From positions 630,001 to 662,000 of the forward strand of contig NC_010503.1 in the NCBI RefSeq assembly GCF_000019345.1: DNA of 32,000 nt, given 5' to 3'. Numbering within the stretch: position 1 is the first letter of the stretch; the number at the start of each line of letters is the position of its first letter. Of the stretch, positions 26,388 through 32,000 are shown piece by piece. The notes below the pieces were generated by a model, which did not search any database, had not been told where the DNA came from, and was given only the letters and a program-made list of their open reading frames with translations. The DNA comes from Ureaplasma parvum serovar 3 str. ATCC 27815. Lineage in GTDB: Bacteria > Bacillota_I > Bacilli_A > Mycoplasmatales > Mycoplasmoidaceae. The translations under genes were made by a program, and so were the position numbers.

Positions 26388-27635
26388 TTATTTATTAAAT
26401 CTTTCTTGAATTAATTTCATTAAATAAACCATTACATCAACAACAATTGAATTTCCAGCTTGTTGATACATTTTAGCTTTTGATATTCCCTTAGCTTGAA
26501 TCGCTTCAAAATCTTTTTCATTAAAGCCCATTAATAGATAGGCTTCACGATTTGTTAATAAACGAAAGTTTGCTTTTTTAGGTAAATTATTGTGATCTTT
26601 TTCACGATAATCATCACCTAAAATCGTATTTTTTAAATTGATATAACCACCATTAGGAAAACGATCTTGACGTGTTGTAATTGTTGAAGTACAATAACAA
26701 TTAGGATTTAATAAATCATATTTTGGAATGACATATTTTATTCTTGAAAATGTGCGATTTGGTTGAGCTAAATATGCTTCTTGATAATATTTTTCAATTT
26801 TATAATTAGTTTTTAAAACATCCTTTAATTGTTTTTGTTTTCCATCAAAAATAGGTGCTTCTAAATCTAAAATATTTCCATTACTATCAATTAATCCATC
26901 ATAGTTTAGAATCGAAATTGCATATACTCGTTTACGACGTTGTGCTGACCCATAATCAAGAGCGTTTAATTGAAAAGTACATGTACTATAACCTAATTGT
27001 TTTAAAGATTTGGTTCACATATCATAATCTAGCTTATGTTGTTTAGATAACATGTTATTAACGTTTTCTAATAAAAGAAATTGTGGTAATTGATTTAATT
27101 TTTGCAAATCGAATAAAATGCGTTCAATTTCTCATAGTAATCCAGAACGTGTACCGGATCCTTTTTTCATTCCAAAAGCTTTTTTACTAAAGCTTCCAGC
27201 TGTTGATAAGTCTTGACAAGGGAATGAATAAGTAAGTAAATCTATCCCTTTGTTCCCAACACTTTTTATTAACTGCTCACCAGTCACACTTAAAATACTT
27301 CCTAAATTATTAGAATTAAGATATGCATCATATAATTCACGTTTAATATTTTCGCTAAAAGAACTAATTTTTTTACGAATTGGGTCTTTACCATTTGATG
27401 AGTGATTAAATTTTTCTAAATAATTATCAATTCTATTAATATCAATATTTAAATTAATTTTTTTATGTGGATAATGAATTGTGTTATAAGAAATATTTGC
27501 ATAAATATCTCATTCGCTTGTAGCAACAATTTTGTAGTCAAAGCCAAATTGTTTTTTTACAATTTCTAAAGCACGATGTTGTGCTCCAATTCCAGAAAAA
27601 GTTTCAAATACTCTTAAAACCTTAGTTTTATCTAT
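26388..27635 (-). CDS. Cytosine-5 DNA methyltransferase, M.SssI-like, lacking a canonical start codon in the present orientation
   Basis: Motif I RVFETFSGIGAQ, motif IV LLTYSFPCQDLS, GSGTRSGLLWEIERIL, ENV, motif VIII QRRKRVY, motif X QQAGNSIVV. Upstream in-frame TAA at 27639-27641 with no ATG/GTG/TTG before motif I; 27635 is a nominal ATA start only. Confidence 0.92.
27616..27633 (-). repeat. Left arm of exact 18-bp inverted repeat (predicted recombination site)
   Basis: Plus strand AAAACCTTAGTTTTATCT = reverse complement of 27757-27774. Lies inside the methyltransferase 5' coding sequence (encodes DKTKV). Confidence 0.93.
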
Positions 27636-27739
27636 GTTTTAACATTGAAATTATTTAAAAATGCTAAAATTAAATAATAATTGATGTTTTTGTATTAATT
27701 TCGTACGAATAAATTATTTAGAACAAAATGTGGACATTT

Positions 27740-27790
27740 ATGAGCAAAAATAAAGCAGATAAAACTAAGGTTTTCTCTATTTTTTTGTAA
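27740..27790 (+). other. Orphan start cassette for the methyltransferase, currently a dead-end 16-codon ORF
   Basis: ATG AGC AAA AAT AAA GCA GAT AAA ACT AAG GTT TTC TCT ATT TTT TTG TAA (MSKNKADKTKVFSIFL*). Confidence 0.85.
27757..27774 (+). repeat. Right arm of exact 18-bp inverted repeat
   Basis: AGATAAAACTAAGGTTTT. Confidence 0.93.
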
Positions 27791-27800
27791 TTTAAATTAA

Positions 27801-27806
27801 TATAAT
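27801..27806 (+). promoter_or_regulatory. Possible -10 element for the recombinase gene
   Basis: TATAAT ~44 nt upstream of the ATG at 27850; no convincing -35. Confidence 0.35.
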
Positions 27807-27849
27807 TTTAAAAATCCTATTGTTTTTTATATATTTATAATTTTTACAT

Positions 27850-28605
27850 ATGAAAAAATTTATAAATTATTTAAAAAATGTAAAAGGATATAGTGATGGT
27901 ACAATTGCTATTTATCAAAAATATGTTAAAGTACTAATTGATAATAATTTAGATTATTTAAAAGCTATTAAAAAATATGAACATAACGCTAATGTTACTA
28001 AGCGCGTTGTTTTAAGTGCTTTTAAAGCATATTTAAAATTTATTAATCATAAAGATGCTATATTGATTGTTATGCCTAAAAAAGAAATTAAAGTAAAAGA
28101 ATTTTTGACTTGAGATAATTTTTTAAAAATTATTAATAATATTAATCAAGCTACCTTTTTAGGTTTTCAGAAATATTTAATTTTAAGAATTTTATTTGAA
28201 ACAGGCATTCGATCTTGTGAATTATTAAAACTAGAAATTAAAGATATTTATGAAAATAAGTTAAAAATTCATGGCAAAGGCAAAAAAGAACGCTTTGTTT
28301 ATTTATCAAACGATTTACAAAATAATATTAAAAAATATATTGGTCAAATTAAAACAAAATATTTATTTAATTTTAGTTATAAAAATTTGTATCAAAAAGT
28401 TACTAGAATTAAAACTAATATTAGGCTAACGCCTCATATTTTACGTCGTAGTTTTGCTAACCATTGCATTAATAATGGTATTAATATTTATGATTTATCA
28501 TTAGTTATGGGTCATAACAATATTAATTCAACAAGTTTATATTTAAATAAGGAAAGTAAATTAGTAGAATTAGATCATCTTTTTGATAATAAAAAAGTTA
28601 ATTAA
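27850..28605 (+). CDS. Tyrosine recombinase (XerC/D-like)
   Basis: Two track ORFs joined by a TGA Trp codon at ~28111. Catalytic set: FETGIRSCELLKLEI (R), GKGKKERFVYL (K), HILRRSFANH (HxxR), GHNNINSTSLYLN (H..Y). Confidence 0.93.
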
Positions 28606-28681
28606 TTTTATAAATATATAAAATAAAAAATCTACTTCAGTTTTGCACTAAAGTAGATAATATAATTCAATTCTAAATACC

Positions 28682-28724
28682 AACAAAAAACTAAATTAAA
28701 AATAAACTTTTTTTAGTTTTTGTT
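28682..28724 (-). terminator. Probable terminator after the phosphomannomutase gene
   Basis: AACAAAAAACTAAA ... TTTTAGTTTTTGTT, near-perfect inverted repeat. Confidence 0.5.
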
Positions 28725-28734
28725 AATTAATGTC

Positions 28735-30393
28735 TTAAAGACCTAAATAATTTTTTAAAAAATCTAAAATATCTTCAGCTTTAATTTTTAGTTCTTGATA
28801 AAAATCTCGTTTTTGATCTTTGCTAAAATCATATAAATCAATATATACTTTAAATTTAGGTTCTGTTCCAGATAATCTAAATTTGATTGTTGAGTATTCG
28901 TCTAATTTTCATTCAAGATAAGATCCTTGTTCATGAAAAATAATGTTATGAATGGTGTATTGGGTTACTGTTTTAAATTCAAAATTTCTTAAGTTATTTA
29001 AAATAATAAGTGCTTTTTGTTTTCAGTTATCACCATCAATAACAAACTGAGTAGTTTTACTATATCAATTCCCATACTTAGCAAAAATCTCTTTTTTTAA
29101 AACGGTAAATAAATCAAGTTTTTGTTCATAATAATAATTAATCATTTCTAACAAAATAGACGCAGTTTGATATGAATCTTTATCATTATTAATATCAGAT
29201 GGTAATGAACCAATTGCTTCTTCAAAACCAACAACCAAATTATGTGTTTTTTTACGATTGGCAATTAAATTACCATGATTTTTAAAACCTACATCTACAT
29301 ATAAAACATCACAATCAAAATTTTTAGCAAATAATTCTGGATAGCGTGTTGAAATAAATGTTGAAATAATATATGTAGGTTTAGTAAATTTTTTATGTTC
29401 TAATAAATAATGCGCAATTAAAACACCTGTTTGATTACCAGTCAAAAATTTTCAATAATTTTCATGACGTACAGCAATGGCCATTCGATCTCCATCAGGA
29501 TCAGATGCAATCATTATTTCTGCGTTTGTATTGTCTGCATATTCAACACTTAAATCAAATGAACATTGTTCTTCTGGATTAGAACTTGGGTCATCATTAA
29601 AATTAGGATCTTCAAAATTTTGTTCGCTAACGCTAACCATATCATAACCAAGTGATTCTAAAAAAGGAATCATGTCCTTTGTTGTTGTTCCATGATGACC
29701 ACTAAAAACAATTTTGAAGGGTTTTTTAATATTAGGATCAGTATTAATTAGTTGTGCTTTAACTGCATCAAAATAACTTTGAATTTGTTCTTTTGTTAAA
29801 AATCTAATATTATCTTGTTTAAATTCAAAGTTAAAATCCAATGCTTCTGTATATGATGGCATTAAAGATTCAATGAGATTAGTATCATCAACTAATGGCT
29901 GAGCACCATTAGCATTATAAACTTTAAAACCATTATAATTTTTAGGATTATGAGAAGCGGTGATCATAATTCCAGCTCCTGCTTGTAATTGATTAATTAA
30001 AAATGAAGTAATTGGAGTTGATAACATCCCATAATCTTCATTAATATAAACAGTATAATCAAAACTACTAAAAATTTCAGCAACTAGTTTCAAATTTTCA
30101 CGTGAGCCAAAGCGGTTGTCTCGGCCAATAACAATAATTTTATTAAAATTCTTTTTCGTTTCTAAATATTCAATAAAACCTAATGTCAATTGAGTATAAG
30201 TTATTGCATTTAAATAACGAGTTCCTTCTTCATAAATACAACGTACACCTGATGTACCGAATTTAAATCGATAATTTTCATCAAAAATATGATCAATTTC
30301 TTTTTGAGTTTTATTCTTATATTCTTCTTTAATTACTTGAGGAATTTTTGGTGAATTTAATCAACAATTAAAAATTTTATTTGTATTTTCCAT
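28735..30393 (-). CDS. manB: Phosphomannomutase/phosphoglucomutase
   Basis: FKFGTSGVRCIYEEGTRYLN; GIMITASHNPKNYNGFKVYN; MIASDPDGDRMAIAVRHENY; RBS GGAG. Confidence 0.93.
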
Positions 30394-30427
30394 AATTTTA
30401 TCTCCTTTCTTATTTTATAATGAATAA

Positions 30428-30823
30428 CTATAGAGATATATTTGGATCTCATCCAAATGGTAATAATTGTTCAACATTATATTCTTTATAAGTACCATCA
30501 TTGTTAAAAACGACGATTTTTGCATCCTTTTTAAAAAATTCAAAAATCACTTGACGACATGCACCACAAGGACTCGCAATATCACCATTATTTTTTGTAA
30601 TTATATAAACTGTTTTAAATGTTTTTGCACCATTTGCAATTGCATTAAAGATTGCATTTCTTTCAGCACAAGAAGTTAATCCAAATGATCCATTTTCAAC
30701 ATTCACACCAGAGATAAATCCTAAATCAGTATCAACATAAGCAGCAACTGGATAATTTGAATAAGGACTATAACTTTTTTTTAATAACTCTAATAATCCC
30801 ATATAAATATCATTATATTTCAT
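30428..30823 (-). CDS. cdd: Cytidine deaminase
   Basis: YSPYSNYPVAAYV...SCAERNAIFNAI...SPCGACRQVIFEF; C-terminus extends past a TGA Trp codon (…FGWDPNISL*). Confidence 0.95.
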
Positions 30824-30911
30824 ACTTCAATAACTCCAAATGTTACAAATATCTAACACTATATTATAACATTTTGAAAAAAGTTATAACCTTTTAATAA
30901 ATGATAAGAGT

Positions 30912-30940
30912 AAAAAAACCATCATTATTGATGGTTTTTA
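30912..30940. terminator. Intrinsic terminator-like hairpin
   Basis: AAAAACCATCA-TTAT-TGATGGTTTTT. Confidence 0.7.
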
Positions 30941-30947
30941 TTTTAAA

Positions 30948-31023
30948 TGGCAAGGGTAACAGGACTCGAACCCGCAACACGCAGATTTGGAGTCTGCTGT
31001 TCTACCAATTGAACTATACCCTT
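30948..31023 (-). tRNA. tRNA-Trp(CCA)
   Basis: AAGGGTATAGTTCAATTGGTAGAACAGCAGACTCCAAATCTGC...TACCCTTGCCA; anticodon CCA. Confidence 0.92.
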
Positions 31024-31033
31024 TTTTTGTAGT

Positions 31034-32000
31034 TTATTTATATGCTAACCTTGTTAAAACCAGGGCTTGTCCGTCTTTTACTACAATTGTATCTTCAATT
31101 CTTACACCACCAACATTTGGGATATAAATTCCTGGTTCAACAGTAACAACTGCATTTAATGGCAATTTATTAGGATTACCAGCATTAGTATTTGGTAATT
31201 CATGTACTTGTAAACCTACACCATGACCTGTTCCATGTGTGAAATAGCCCTTAAATTTAGAATTATCAACAATGTCGCGACATACTTTATCAACTTCTTG
31301 ACCTGTTACTTTTGTACTCAATAGATTAATCCCTGCTGTTTGAGATTCAAGAACTTTATCATAAATTTCTTGCATTTGTGGATTTGCTTTATTTCCAACA
31401 ATAAAAGATCTTGTAATATCAGAACAATAACCTTTATAAGTACAACCAATGTCAACAGTTACCATATCTCCATCTTCAATTACACGATTTCCTGGATGAT
31501 GATGTGGTGATCCGCCATTTGGACCTGAAGCAATAATTGGATCAAATGAATTTAATTCTCCACCTAATTCTAACATATGTTTTGAAACTAATGTTGCAAT
31601 TTCAAGTTCTGTTCGACCAATAATATCTTGTTCTCGAATTCAATTACATGTTAAAGCTGCAATATCAGCAGCTTTTTGTAAATATTCAAGTTCTTTTTCA
31701 GTTTTAATAGCACGTAATGTAGCTGATGTAAAAGGAGTAGTATTTTTTACTAATTTTTTTAACATTTCATGAACATCTAATGTTACATAATCAGCTTCAA
31801 CTAATGCATTAGTAATATTTAATTCAACCATTGCGTCTTTTAGTAGATCAAAAGTTGATTTTTGTGGTGTGCGAGCTAATAAAATTACCTTTGCGTTTTT
31901 TACAGTTTCAGACGCTGCTGTATAATAACGAGCATCCACTAGATAAATTGCTTTACCATCTTTATTAATAAACACAAAACCATCACTTGAAGCAAATTCT
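31034..32000 (-). CDS. pepP: M24 family Xaa-Pro aminopeptidase, 5' end outside window
   Basis: GPNGGSPHHHPGNRVIEDGDMVTVDIGCTYKGYCSDITRSFIVG; HGTGHGVGLQVHE; TVEPGIYI. Confidence 0.92.

Larger units (their letters stand above)
27616..27774. mobile_element. Predicted invertible DNA segment (start-codon/promoter switch)
   Basis: Bounded by the 18-bp inverted repeat. Inversion joins the orphan ATG at 27740 in frame to the methyltransferase body. Confidence 0.85.

Noticed and set aside
26855-27046. Plus-strand 63-aa ORF opposite the methyltransferase.
   Set aside because: Overlaps the conserved motif VIII region of the methyltransferase on the other strand; no recognisable features.
28630-28658. 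Short inverted repeat ATCTACTT...AAGTAGAT after the recombinase gene as another recombination site.
   Set aside because: Only 8 bp, unrelated to the 18-bp repeat, and positioned as a plausible weak terminator.

Overview
AT-rich Mollicutes-type chromosomal window. UGA is clearly read as Trp: tuf, fusA, rpsG (…AFAHLRW*), frr, pyrH and pepF are only intact under genetic code 4, and the supplied ORF track splits them at TGA. Housekeeping content: a degenerate RNase J-like protein (partial), cdsA, frr, pyrH, tsf, a six-tRNA cluster, pepF, the str operon (rpsL-rpsG-fusA-tuf), a phosphomannomutase, cdd, tRNA-Trp and an M24 aminopeptidase (partial). Accessory content: a C39-peptidase ABC exporter with an overlapping small membrane protein, two FecCD-like permeases, a DUF31/MIP-like serine protease lipoprotein, two tandem paralogous multi-pass membrane proteins and a HAD acid phosphatase lipoprotein. 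The most interesting locus is 23469-28605: a DUF262/DUF1524 (GmrSD-like) nuclease gene lies 3 nt downstream of an M.SssI-like cytosine-5 methyltransferase gene, with a divergent tyrosine recombinase next door. The methyltransferase has no ATG/GTG/TTG start in its frame. An exact 18-bp inverted repeat (27616-27633 and 27757-27774) brackets a ~159-bp segment carrying an orphan start 'ATG AGC AAA AAT AAA GCA GAT AAA ACT AAG GTT TT'. Inverting the segment would fuse that start in frame to the methyltransferase, giving MSKNKADKTKVLRVFETFSGIGAQ. I interpret this as a recombinase-driven invertible ON/OFF start (and possibly promoter) switch for a two-gene modification/restriction module, captured here in the OFF orientation.
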